From positions 62,001 to 126,000 of the forward strand of contig NMRA01000600.1 of NCBI GenBank assembly GCA_002633005.1: a stretch of DNA of 64,000 bases, read 5' to 3'. Below are positions 1 to 13,200 of this stretch, in pieces. Source of the stretch: Phoronis australis. Its lineage: Eukaryota; Animalia; Phoronida. The notes under the pieces are model-generated. The model ran no database searches. It was not told the origin of the DNA and saw nothing but the letters and a program-made list of their open reading frames with translations. A program made the translations under genes and the position numbers. How positions within the stretch are numbered: the first letter of the stretch is position 1; the number at the start of each line of letters is the position of its first letter.

Positions 1-80
1 CAAAACTGACATGGAAATAATGAACAATAGAGGGTGCAACAAAACAACACAAAACACCGCCCAGATAGGAATATGTCGTT

Positions 81-86
81 TTTATT
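81..86 (-). terminator. Candidate polyadenylation signal (AATAAA) of PRPF4, implying a ~0.95 kb 3' UTR
   Basis: tttatt on the + strand, followed on the minus strand by GT-rich sequence (gtgttttgtgttgttttgttg). Confidence 0.5.
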
Positions 87-709
87 GAAATGCCATTTAA
101 AGATACAACTTTACAAATACGACACATACATTTCCATAACCTGAAAATGCTCAGAAGACAACGAAATACAAAAATACCATAACCTGAACAGTCAGTGATG
201 CTCGTTATCTCATCATATCCAGGAGTCTTACAACTATGTTACATTACAACTTCCGGGATCAGTCAGAAAGATAGTTTAATGGTTAACATAAACATTTCCA
301 AAAACTGAATTTTAACTCACTGGGGCAGGATAGGACCACACATCACAGGCACAAGTAAAAGTCGACCATGGACGCTGTTCCTTGGAAGGTTTGGAAGGTT
401 GGACTTTACTACCTGGTACTCTTGGCAGGGTACAAGGTTAAAATTGAAGCAAACACTTCCATTGAGAAAGTTAAATGGGTTTTGGCTTGAATTTTCAGGG
501 GTACCAGGTCCCTCATAACCACCCTTGCTTATTGATCAGATTAATTAAATCTAATTGTTTGCTGGTGATATGACAATAACTTTGGGTAAACTTCAATTCA
601 ACCGTGAAACAGAAGGAACAAAGCACCACGTGCCTGACTGAACCCTTCCAAGTCAATTGCTTTGAAATGATGATATGCCCTAAATCTGGCTAATGAAAAT
701 TTGCCAATG

Positions 710-945
710 CTTGCGCGCACCCAGGGTGGCTCTATTTGGTAAAGTGGGCAAAAAGGTTCGCTTCAGAGAAACAAAACCCAGAAAAGTAGAAAAGGGGACA
801 AAAATCAACTAAAAAGGCAGGAACTACTGAAATTTGGCGAATGCACAATTCATAGCTCTGAACGTTTCCCACGAATTTCTTTCCTAGTGAAAGGTCCATG
901 TTTTCAAAAATTCGAGCCCTCATTTTTAGGCTGGGTGGGCGCATG
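710..945. mobile_element. Short MITE with 5-bp TSD (CAATG) inside the PRPF4 3' UTR; same family as 36622-36906
   Basis: Termini cttgcgcgcacccag...ctgggtgggcgcatg, flanked by caatg at 705-709 and 946-950. Confidence 0.7.
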
Positions 946-1025
946 CAATGAATATACAGGTAACTCCAGATCTCCACTACATTTCTAATCAGAAAACCAG
1001 AGAGTGCAATCTTAACAAAAACCTA

Positions 1026-1222
1026 TCATGAGTCCGGGGCCCACAGTTTGAATGTTCGATCATAGGATGCTGACGCGATGTACTTCAGGTTAGATGAGAT
1101 ATCCACTCCCATTACTTTGCCTTCGTGTCCAGCTAGGGTCTTCAGGGGTGACCAGTTCGGGTGTGACCAAATCTTGACCGTGTTGTCATAGCTGGCAGTC
1201 ATCACGTAGTCCCCTCGGTTTG
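1026..1222 (-). CDS. PRPF4: PRPF4 last coding exon ([64 protein letters not shown])
   Basis: ccttccag acceptor, TGA stop followed by TAG. Confidence 0.95.
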
Positions 1223-4200
1223 CTGGAAGGACAAGACATTCAGATTAACCTCAACAGCATTATGTAGACCAAAGGTGGGACTACACCTTTTAACTGTTCC
1301 ACAAGGGGCATTATATGGAATACATAGCTTAATATCTACTACTGCTCATAATTAGAATGTTATTGCTCAACAGGGGCGGATCCAGGATTTCGAGTTGGGG
1401 GAGGGGGGCAGGGAAGTTTATTAGCCAGCATTTTTGCCCATCAGGCATTCACAAAACTGAACTGCCAAATGGAATCTGGGAGAATTTTAAGGGGGAGAGG
1501 GCATGGACCCCTTACTCCCCCCCTAAATCCGCAACTGCTCACCCACCATGAAACTTTTCTAACAGAAATCAACATTTCTTAAGTCATGTTTCTTGTCTTA
1601 ATGGCCTTGATCCTGGAGTAATGATCAATGATAAATGCTTGAACGGTCAGATTTCTTTTTTTATCTTCAGGAAACGAGCAAATTTTTTCTGAAATAATCG
1701 ACTTCAACTTCAAGAAAACAAGTCTTTACAGTTTTCCTTGTGGAGATCTTTGAAGCAGTAAAAACTAGACACTGTTCACTGCAGGATGTGGGTTCTTGGC
1801 AGGATGTGGGTTCATGGCAGGATGTGGGTTCATGGCAAACTCCACTGAGTGGGAAAATGTAATTTGAATAGGGATTTCTTTCCCCAACATGTTTCAGTTA
1901 ATTGGAGCAAATATCTGTGTAATAGGACAAAACTAGACCAAAAACACGGGAAAACCAAGTTCTGGTGGCAGTGAATGATGATCCCAATAACAGAACATGT
2001 TCTGTGGCAAACCTAAATCAGTTCCAAGAAAAAAGGAGCCCTTTCCCCAAGGAGATGATTTATAAACGACAGTAGTGTTGTGAAATACCATTTATGTTTA
2101 TGTCACATCAGCATTCTGGGCTCAGGCATTCAGAATCCATAGTGAATAATAAAATGATTATCTTCTTACACTGTATTTACTTACACAGGCCAACTAAGAT
2201 AATTGTATGACACAGACGGTTCACAAAGATCTACTTTCACTCACCTTGAATGTCAATTGTATGACACATACGGTTCACAAAGATCTACTTTCACTCACCT
2301 TGCATGTCAATTGTATGACAGAGTTCACAAAGATCTGCTATCACTGACCTTGCATGTCAATTTCAAAAGGTCCCTTGCTCCGAATGACACCCACGACTTA
2401 CAACAGTACTGCCCCACCCGCCCCTCGATTGTGTTTTAATGTATGTTGCGTCTGTTTAATTGTTGTTTTATTACTTCATTGTATTATATTGCTGTTTCTT
2501 GTTCTTGAGGGCCCTCTTGGAAAGCAGTGCTATAACTGAAGAGGCCACGATCATTTTAAATATCCCAATAAATAAGTAAAAATAATAAATATTGGGACTA
2601 GTTAGTCCCTCAAAACCGCATTTCATAAAATAAATCTCCACTAAAAACTCAAATGCTTCTGAATCTTTGGTCATGTGATATAATTATTGTTTCATTTGAA
2701 CTTTTCAGAGAACAAATGTTAGAATACTTTCAAACCATATTTGATGTGGTAAATTGAGAATGTGAAAAATTTAGTAGAATATTGCCCACTTTGTCTCTTC
2801 TGATTCTTAGTTAGTTCATGTTACATTAATAGGTGTTTTCTTAAAAATGTGCCTGTGAGTGTATGAACGTGTAAATAATATTGGTATATGGTATTGGTGT
2901 CAATGAACTATTAAAAAAGCTCAAATGTTATTTTAACAAGCACGAAAAAATTAACACATTTCCTGATTTTCTTTTGAACTGATAAATTACCCACAGCGAA
3001 TAAATATTTTCTAAGTCCAGAACTAAAAACCAACAGTTGTCGTCAACAAAAAATAATACCTATTGTATTAATCCTCATTAGATACACGGTGGACATTTGT
3101 TTCAAGTTGTGCATAAAGTGAACCTCCGTCAAGAGTAAAATAGACAAGGTTCAACTTAAATGACCTTGAACTTTGGGGCTACACAATTTTACTGGACACT
3201 AATTTGAAAATTGGCCAATGGCATTGCATGAAGCTGGAAATTTTTCTTGAAGCATGGCACCAAAATTATTCAATTGTCTACTAACAGCAAGGCTTAGGTA
3301 AAATTGGGGGATCAAGGCTCTCCGGTTAATACATGTATTTTTGTGTGGCCTTCAAATTCAAAACACTATGAAATCTATCATGAATTCTTTATTATCATAT
3401 GCTGGCAACTTACGCTCAAACTTGACCTTTGACACAAGATTTGTGTGCGCAGGAATCGTGTAAATGAGAGCTCGCTGACGTAAGTCCCAGATTTTGCATG
3501 AATTGTCCTCGCTTCCTGTGGCAATGTGATACCTAAACAATGAATAAGACACAGATTACAACATCATCAATACACACTCAGGTCCTTTATTATATGCACA
3601 TATTGAAATCTTTTGATCATTTCTCATATTGCTTCTATTCACTGTTAACTCAGTGCTAACACTACTGACATTATATGGAGACTATTGAGCTAGAACCTTA
3701 TCGATTTGAAAATGTATTGGGCTAAATGTCTACCATAGATTTAAACTCTAAAAGTAATGAGTCCTTAAAGTTTAATTTTTGGCTTTATACCCTCAGCTGT
3801 TACATCTTTTCTAAAATTATCATTTTGTTTTTGTTTCACCAAAATCATAAGTCATAGTTTTTGACAGCCCCTCACGCAAAAGTGCAAGATTTTCAAAACG
3901 CATCCTAACAGCATTTGATGACCAATGCATCAAGCATGTGAATGAGATAACATGTTCCAAAGTTTGACAAGTTTGGCCATTTCTCGAGAGTCCAACAAAA
4001 CCATCAAGGTTCCACTCAACGGAAAGTGTTTTTTGACCAACTGCAACCATTCGATCCCCACTCCTGAATGTACATGGCTAACAAAGCTCAACACAGCACC
4101 AGGAACACATTCCTCGATTACTTGCTACTGTATGTCAGTCGACTTACCCATTGGGTGAAAAGTCAACGCTCAGCACCGACTTGAGGTGACCTTCCAAGAA

Positions 4201-7200
4201 CATGACACAACGACCAGTCCTCAGGTCCCATGCTCGGGCAAATGCATCCAAACCTCTGTAAATAAGCCAAGTAGCGTACTGCATGCACATTGCTTGAGCT
4301 ACGCTTAGTAAATATGGCGACTTGTCGGGTCAAGTCAACATAATGAGCCTGTCTCTCCAGTAATACTCAACTATCAGTTCTTTAGAAGAACAGAAAGTCC
4401 GGTCTGTTACACTGAGTAAGAAGGACCAATTTTTAGACCAGTTTTGCCGCACGGGTAAGTAGTCTAAATCAAATTATTTTACATCAGAAGGAGGGTGGTT
4501 TACAGCCACTGTAGTGGCAATGGTACAAGAAAGAAATTCTGACCACTAGATGCTTCCAAAAACACCGCAGATAGTATAAATATAAAATGTGTGGGCTCAT
4601 AAAAAATGAGAAAAGATAAGATAAAACGAAGTCAAAACTGCAAGATTACACAATGCTAAAAGACAATCCAGCGTTTTCGATAACACAACAACTATTAAAT
4701 AAAAGTCAAGATTTGTATACTAGCTACATTTGAACTTCGGTAACAACTCCTGGTTTTAATGGTTCAGAAGACTTGAGACAAGACAGATCACATTCAAACG
4801 GGTATGGTACATATCAAGTTTTAACCAAATCTCACAATTCACAGCAAACAGTACGGACTTTTCTTTCCACTCAAAACTTACCGAAAAAAACTTTCAGGTG
4901 AAAAAAATTGATGACGCAATTTTTAAATGATTCTTGAAGCAGAAAATCTTGGCTCGTGCACCAGAAATGGTGAATTATGTCTCGGACTTTAACAGTCAAG
5001 GCTCGTCAATCACTTCAATGGCAAAAATTTTCCACGGGTAGGTCATCAAAGTCGCGAGCTTACACAAGTCATTACACTTGCATCACTTGCCCTTCACTTG
5101 TCCTTCACCTGCGTGACATAGCGTAATTCTGCTTGGTTGCAACTCGGTCAAATGAGTGAACCCCAGTTTTCCACGGTCACTCACCCTGTACAAGCCAAGG
5201 ATCCGTCGTTCTGGAAAGCGATGTCATACACAGGTTTACTGTGCCCCTCCTGATGCAAGATCTCTTCCTGGGCCTCAAGATCCCAGAGACGCCATGAGTT
5301 GTCGTAACTGGAATGATGATAAGGCTTCAATTACCATGCAATAATTTAATAATGTATAAACTTCAACAGAACTAGTTATTATGATGATAAGGCTTCAATT
5401 ACCATGCAATAATGTATAAACTTCAACAGAACTAGTTATTATGATGATAAGGCTTCAATTACTATGCAATAATGTATAAACTTCAACAGAACTAGTTATT
5501 ATGATGATAAGGCTTCAATTACCATGCAATAATGTATAAACTTCAACAGAACTAGTTATTATGATGATAAGGCTTCAATTACCATGCAATAATGTATAAA
5601 CTTCAACAGAACTAGTTATTATGATGATAAGGCTTCAATTACTATGCAATAATGTATAAACTTCGACAGAACTAGTTATTTGATAGAGTTCGATGCTCTC
5701 CAAGGCAACGGAATGGATCCTTGGTTTAGGCAGAATAACCTACTCATTCAACTATTTCATTGCCAGGTTTTTAGAACTGCATTTTTGCAAGTCAGATAAA
5801 TTTCGATGATAAGTATAAAAAAAACATGTTTCATGTTCAACTTACCCTGGAATTTTCTTAACAGTCCACCAATAAGTTGAACATGAAACATGTTTTTTTT
5901 TTGGTATTTTAAAATCGCAATATCATCTGATGAAGTACATATTTGTCAGGTAGAGTATTCAACACTTGTGATGGAAAACCCTGTCAATGGCCAATTTGGA
6001 CCAATCTTCAGCAGGAGGGAAGTACTTGTAATTGTGTATTAGTTTAGCAGAGAGGAGGCGTTCTACAGCATGCACTGGTTAGCTAAAGTTAGCAGTTTAG
6101 TTGAAATATAAAATAGTACTTTTGTCGAAATTCTGTTAGTTTGATGTGGTGTGATTGTGCCTAGTTGCTAACAGTTTATTTGTAAATGGACTTCAAAGGT
6201 AGTCACAACTTTGCTAAAGTGTGCGGAGTAACTCCTGTAGAGGTTTTGTCAACACATTTAGCCATTGAAATGGGTTTTTCTTGGAAAAAAATGGATATTT
6301 CTTTGTAGTTCAGTGCGGAGAAAGTTTGTTGAATTTCGACATTGTCCAATGTATTTCAAAAACTAGTTGTAAGTTGTAAGACCAAATGATCTTCACTTAA
6401 TAAGTGAACTAATAGCCTACCAGCAGGTTCCCAAGAACCTCCCCGAAGGGTGGTACGCCAAACGGCTCACACGGTAGGGGGCATGACCTTCAATGTCAGC
6501 CACTGGCTCTTCACTGTAAATGAAACAAGAAGAATATGCTCAGCTCACTCAAGTCTTGTACAGCCAGATCCTTTCGAATAAAATCAAGACGAGACAGCAC
6601 TTGACTTACAATATATTTTTTAAGTCTGGTCTACATGTCACCTGTTGGCCACATCGCGTGACCTAATGTACAAAACTCCTCAAGTATTTCTGCTCTGACC
6701 GGGTTCGAGTCCCAGTCAGGGGAAAATATTTTTCAGACTGATGTTGCCAACAGGTGACGAGCAGATAGGATTTAATGTTCGTGATCCGTATTTCCACACC
6801 AGTACAAGGTTTACATATCAAATAAATGTAAATCAATGTATCCCATTGCAGTGAGCAGTGGGCGAAACCCCAGTGACATCATGACATATTCAACACAGCT
6901 CCCAGTATATCATTACACTGATAATAGATAAATCATGTGAAATATTAGCAGTAATAACAGCATCAGTAGTAAAACGTGACTCACTTTTGCAAGTCCCACA
7001 GTTTGACAGATCCATCCTGACCACAGGAGGCTATGCAACACTCCGCGGGGTCTTGAGAAAGTGTGGCCTGGGGGTGGAACACAATGGCCCCTACATTGCA
7101 GTTGTGACCTGTAGGGACAAACGATAAAACCTTACACTTACTCAAGTCATATTCAACCCCACTGTATAATTTGGGCTGTTGTAGGTTTTGTTGTAGAATA

Positions 7201-10200
7201 TTAAAATGAGAAAATATTCAAGAATTAATCGAGGAAATGAAACAACATGAATTACAGAACAAAGGAAGCAAATATTTAGATTTAGTTCATAAGTTTGACC
7301 AATTTTGAAAAGTTCAATAATATCATAATTCACATCAAAAATATCTGATCATGCATTGTCACTCAAACAGGACATACTCAATGTACAAGTACTTTGTCAT
7401 ACATTTCGACAACAACGTATTTCGGTACAAAAAGAAACAGTCTGAACAAAGAGATATACACAATTATATTACAATGGAATGATCCTGAGTGTATGTTGGG
7501 AAGGCAGACACTGTGCTTACCTCGTAATGTGCGGATGAGTTGGCAATCGGGAACAGACCACAGTTTGCAGAGACCACTCCTGAAAACAAAATATTCCATT
7601 CCACAAAAAAGTCAAATTGCTACTTGCAAAATATTCATTGTGTAATTAGTCCATTGACTGTAAACAATTTATGTATTGCATCATGAATAATCCTCAACTT
7701 ATCTGTTCATACTTTTAATCAAAGCAATTTTCTGTACGTTGCGATGCAATGTCGCTGAAATGGTCAAAGTAAAACAAATCTGAATAGGGCCGCGCCGCCC
7801 CAAGTTACACAGCGAGACTCGAATCACCTCGCTGTATTTACCCACAATCAAGCACAGCTTGTAGCTTCGTTTTCGCACCAATGAAGTTCCGCATGCTCTT
7901 TGTTGTTGTCTAGTTGCTACAAGTTTTTCTCGGCTGCTTTACTCTGCCCATCCTTCTGATGCAAACAAAATTACTGCTGTGCTGCGGCAGAGTGAGCTGT
8001 AGCTCAAACAGCAGAGAAAGATGGACAAACTTGAAAAATATCAATGATGTTAGTTTGGTTTCCGACATGACCCTTGGAAATGTACCTCACATTCTAAGAT
8101 GAAAGTCAAACTTGCCCTTGTCCCAATTTTTAGAATCAAAACAAAACAAAACAATTTTGCTTTGAATTTGCGTGTTCCAAAGTTTTGAGACTGTATCAAG
8201 CTGAGGAATATTTACCATAAAAGTACATTGACACATGACATAACGCTGAATTAAATTTCGCTCCAAACACTTAGAAGTTGAAGACACAGTGATTAGATGC
8301 AATGAATTACCATAACGCAGGCAAAAATCTAAACAATTTAACTTAAACGTCTTTATACCTAATTAACATAAATGATGCAGGTAGTATTTCAGCGTTGGAC
8401 ATACCAAAGAACGAGAGTATCAACTGTCACTCATTTCAGACGAACCATTAACGTTGCTACAAACGTGCATCCCATACCAGAAATCTCGAGTTTGCTAAAA
8501 CACCACGACAAAACAGGTCTCAGTTGAGAAGAGAATCTGGGTTTGCAAAGATCTGACGGTTCATTATTCATTACAAAAATGCTCAGGGTATAAAACGACA
8601 TGTCGCCACATGCCTAAATTGTAGGGCCTAGCAATAAGAAGCCCAGAAGTCACTTCCAAGCTGACTAAGGATCAACAGTTCAGAGTCCTTGGACTGACAG
8701 GAAGAAGTGTGTTGTTAGCCAATCAAAATGTCTGTCACAAATAGAATGACAGATAGAAAAGCCTATCAGCCAATAACTGCCTTCAATACAAGTGTAACCC
8801 AATATTCCACTTACCATGAGGCTGTAGCCAACATCTGGGAATCTGGACTGAACTGACAGTAAGACAGCGGCCTGTTGTCTCCAATCTGGCTACACTCATT
8901 TGATATAGACTGCAATTACAGTATATAATACAAACATTAGGGGGTAGGAACCATGTTGGGCATCAATTAAAAACTGGGCCCGCGGACTAATCTTTGTACT
9001 CAAAATCGAATTCAGTATTACCTTTGAAAATTCCCGCTCCACTTTTAAGACAACCCAAGATAACAGGCTAAAATTTCACACTTGAATATCTGCATCACAC
9101 TCGATGACCTCCATATTAAAGTAACTCAAAATTTTCTGGTCTAACAAAAGTTTGTAGCATGAATATAGGGGTCATTAAGTGCGAGCTTGGACAATACACT
9201 GTCTAAACTGTAATATACTCGAGCAAGTACCTTGAGTTCATAAGGGAATGGAAAAGAAGAAAATCAATTTGGAGATGAAACTTAAGTACGAACATGAGAC
9301 CCCCCGAGCTCTGATGTTGGTTTAAATGGTCACATCTCGACAGCAGCAAATTACATATCATACATGAATGTCACAGAAAAACTAAGTGATTGTGCTCAGA
9401 ACCACCTGTCTCTACATGTGTCTTCACAAGAAATAGATCAAGATCAATGACCAAATTCTAGCAGCAAGTTGAGATAAAATACGAGAGAGTGTTGCATTAT
9501 GTGTTAAGCATCACGCACAAATCTACTCTCTCATGCACGTAACACCCCTCTCACAGACAAACATTCCCTCTCCTGTACCATTTTTTTTTGTATCACAAGC
9601 ACAAACCATCACTACTTCTGTACATTGTTCCTTGCACAAAATTCCCTTCTCACGGGCCAATTCGCATAATCCAATACAAAATGTCAAGCTCACCCCTAGT
9701 GCAGCCCCACATTCCTGTGTAAATGTCATCAAAATATCATAAAGGGATTTCATGATATCAAGCAGAGAACAAAACAAAATGGCCAATCACTTTAAAACGA
9801 TGACAACTTATCCGAACACTTTTACATGCAAACAAATGGGCGTGTGATTGGGACCGATCATGCAAAAGTGATGACTTTACAGACTNNNNNNNNNNNNNNN
9901 NNNNNNNNNNNNNNNNNNNNNNNNNNNNNNNNNNNNNNNNNNNNNNNNNCTGCAATATAATACGTCCCAAACATTAGGGGGTAGGAACCATGTCGGGCAA
10001 GAATTAAATGCTGGGCCCGCGGTCTAATCTTTGTACTCAAAATCGAGTTCAGTATTACTTTTGAAAATTCCCGCTCCACTTTTGAGAGAACCCAAGATAA
10101 CAGGCTAAAATTTCACACTTGAATATCTGCGTCGCACTCGATGACCTCCATATTAAAGAAACTCAAAATTTTCAGGTTTTACACAAGTTTGTAGCATGAA

Positions 10201-13200
10201 TATAGGGGTCATTAATTGCGAGTTTGGACAATACACTGTCTAAACTGTAATAAATTCGAGCAAGTACCTTGAGTTCATAAGGGAATGGAAAAGAAGAAAA
10301 ATTTTGGAGATGGAACTCAAGTACGAACATGAGACCCCCCCAGCCCAGATGTTGCTTTAAATGGTCACATCTCGACAGCAGCAAATTACATATCATACAT
10401 GTATGTCACAGAAAAACTAAGTGATTGTGCTCAGAACCACCTGTCTCCACATGTGTCTTCACAAGAAATAGATCAAGATCAATGACCAAATTCTAGCAGC
10501 AAATTGAGATAAAATACGAGAGAGTGTTGCATTATGTGTTAAGCATCACGCACAAATCTACTCTCTCATGCACGTAACACCCCTCTCACAGACAAACATT
10601 CCCTCTCCTGTACCATTTTTTCGTACCACAAGCACAAACCATCACTACTTCTGTACATTGTTCCTTGCACAAAATTCCCTTCTCACGGGCCAATTCGCAT
10701 AATCCAATACAAAATGGCAAGCTCACCCCTAGTGCAGCAAGCTCACCCCTAGTGCAGCAAGCTCACCCCTAGTGCAGCAAGCTCACCCCTAGTGCAGCAA
10801 GCTCACCCCTAGTGCAGCCCCACATCCCTGTGTAAATGTCATCAAAATATGATAAGGGGATTTCATGATATCAAGCAGAGAACAAAACAAAATGGCCACT
10901 AGGGGGTGCAAGAGTACTCAGATCCACCCAAAAACTGGTACAGGCACATTGCCGTCACATACTTCAATCAAACATAATTGAAATCAAACCATTAGTCTCG
11001 AAATTGTGCGGGAAATGTTCTTCTCTTCAAATGAACAGAAAAGCCCATTGGTGTTGATTTAATGTGAAAAATTTTGTAAGTAAATGTCGAGACAGATTCT
11101 GTTTTTCAGTAACTGGTTAAGCGAAAACAATCACTTTAAAACGATGACAACTTATCCGCACACTTTTACACGCAAACAAATGGGTGTGTGATTGGGACCT
11201 GTCATGCAAAAGTGATGACTTTACAGACTAACAAGTTATGCAACAACAAGTAAAAGCAAAGTTTTTTACATATAACGGCAAATAAAAATGGTCCAGGCGA
11301 GAAAATAATGGCTGGTGAGAGTGGAATAGGGTGCCGTGTAGAAGAGCTTTGTGCAGCAGCAGGGAAATCTAGGAGACACGTGAAACAGAACAGTTTATTA
11401 AAGTCAATAAGAATCCAATTTCAACAGAAACGCAGAAGTTCAAGGGTGACCCACCTCCCGACACATATAAACAGACAGCAAACCACTCCCATAGTTCAAA
11501 GGTGACCCAACTCACATCACATAATCGACCTAACAAGACGGCAAACCCAGGTGATCCACCTCCCAACACATCATTATAAACAGACAGCAAACTTACCCTT
11601 AACTTCTTCTGAAGCTCCTGCATTTTAGCATTCTTCTGAGCAGACGTCACGTTCGCCTCTGCACGTTGTTTCCGTAATCTCTGCCGCGCCCTGGGCAGTG
11701 AGTAATTAGCGAGCCACAGTCGCGCCACCTTCAAGCCCTCCGCACCCTCGTGGTACCACGTGATATTCTCCTGAGGAAGACAAAGCCACGGTTACTATGA
11801 CAAGCGGAACTCAGAGAAAACCATATTATTATTAATTATGATTAAGTGCATCCAAGACACTTGATGTGTAACAAAAACTTGGACTGTGCGGTAAAAATAT
11901 TTATTTTAGTCTGTGTCTCAAAAGGTTCGCAACTTTTCATTTCCAGTTGCTTTCAGTTTTAGTTTGCGATCTCATTTCTGGTTTATTTTTTTCTAAGAAA
12001 AGTAATATGATACTAAATCCGTCTATAAAAAAGACATGACATCGAACTGCTAACAACTGTATTGATAAGGGATATGTAACATGGCCCAAAGCTAAACTGT
12101 GTACCCTGTTTTGAGTGGTATTCGCAAAGGTGAAAAAAATTATATTAATTTTGATAAAAATTTATTCTTACTAAAGTTTAGCACTTAAAAATGTGTTTGC
12201 TTAAGGTGAGATATTGTTGTTACAGCAATATCTCAGCAATACTAGGTTACAGCGGTCCTTTAGCAAACTAATCCAAATGGTGGCGCTGCGACCAAATGAG
12301 ATACAGGTAGTCTGCCACTCACAGCTAACAAACAGTGAGGAATAAAGTAGTTGTTATGTCACATCCCAAACATTTGCTAAATTATTTGGCACCAGATTTC
12401 ACCTTCATTTCTTTCAATTTATTACATATCCAAGTTTGAAGACTCAAGCTCTCATATACCCTGCTCTGTGACATGTATTCAAGGCTTAAGGATTATGTTT
12501 TAACGAATCAGTCGTACCTCGGCTCTTGCTGGGTCAGCCTTCTTTTCCTCGTCCTGCTTTTTAAAGATGTCTTCTCCCAGAGCTGCTACTAAGTTACGCA
12601 GACGTTCACGTCTGTCAGCAGGCCCCTCGCCGAACAGACCTGTAGAGCGGAGATGTCATGGGACATTGTTGAGGGCCGTAGTTAATTGCACGCAAATAAA
12701 AAAAACAAGAGCAACGGACAGTGTTGCTATGCACTTATCGTGTAGATCAAAAATAGTAAAGAATAGTGCCCATGTGCAAGGTAATCAGAGCTATTTCAAA
12801 ATTAGGAACGTACAAGTCAAATTTGTGAAGATCAATCAAAGACGTTGACACGTGCTAAAGGAGCGTGCCATCAAAAAACAAATCTACATCAATTTTAATC
12901 TGCTAGTTCAAAATATAAGCAGCGCGTTAAGTTCCCTTACGTGACAATAGATGGCAGGTGAATGTGTTAAATCAGCCTGTGAGGTCAACAGGTCATGATT
13001 GTGTGTTGCACAGTTCATGGTCAGAATTTATCGAGAGAGTCGATGCCTTACCGTATCTTTTTGCACTGATAAGACATCAAACCAGGATGAAAACAATCCA
13101 TGAATATATTAAATTTGCAAACACAAAATACTGCTTAATTTCACAAATCCTGAATTTTTAGACATTTGAGAAACAGTACCTCTGAAATCAGCCAGGGTTC

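Noticed and set aside
5313-5680. Regularly spaced repeats resembling a CRISPR array
   Set aside because: There are no unique spacers or cas genes and the site is a eukaryotic intron; this is a plain minisatellite.
8910-11228. Apparent tandem duplication in PRPF4 intron 4. The second copy begins at the exon-5 acceptor sequence (ctgcaat) right after the gap, hinting at a duplicated or mutually exclusive exon 5.
   Set aside because: The copies flank an N gap and differ by allele-level SNPs and indels, so an uncollapsed heterozygous haplotype is the simplest explanation. Read depth or long reads would decide.
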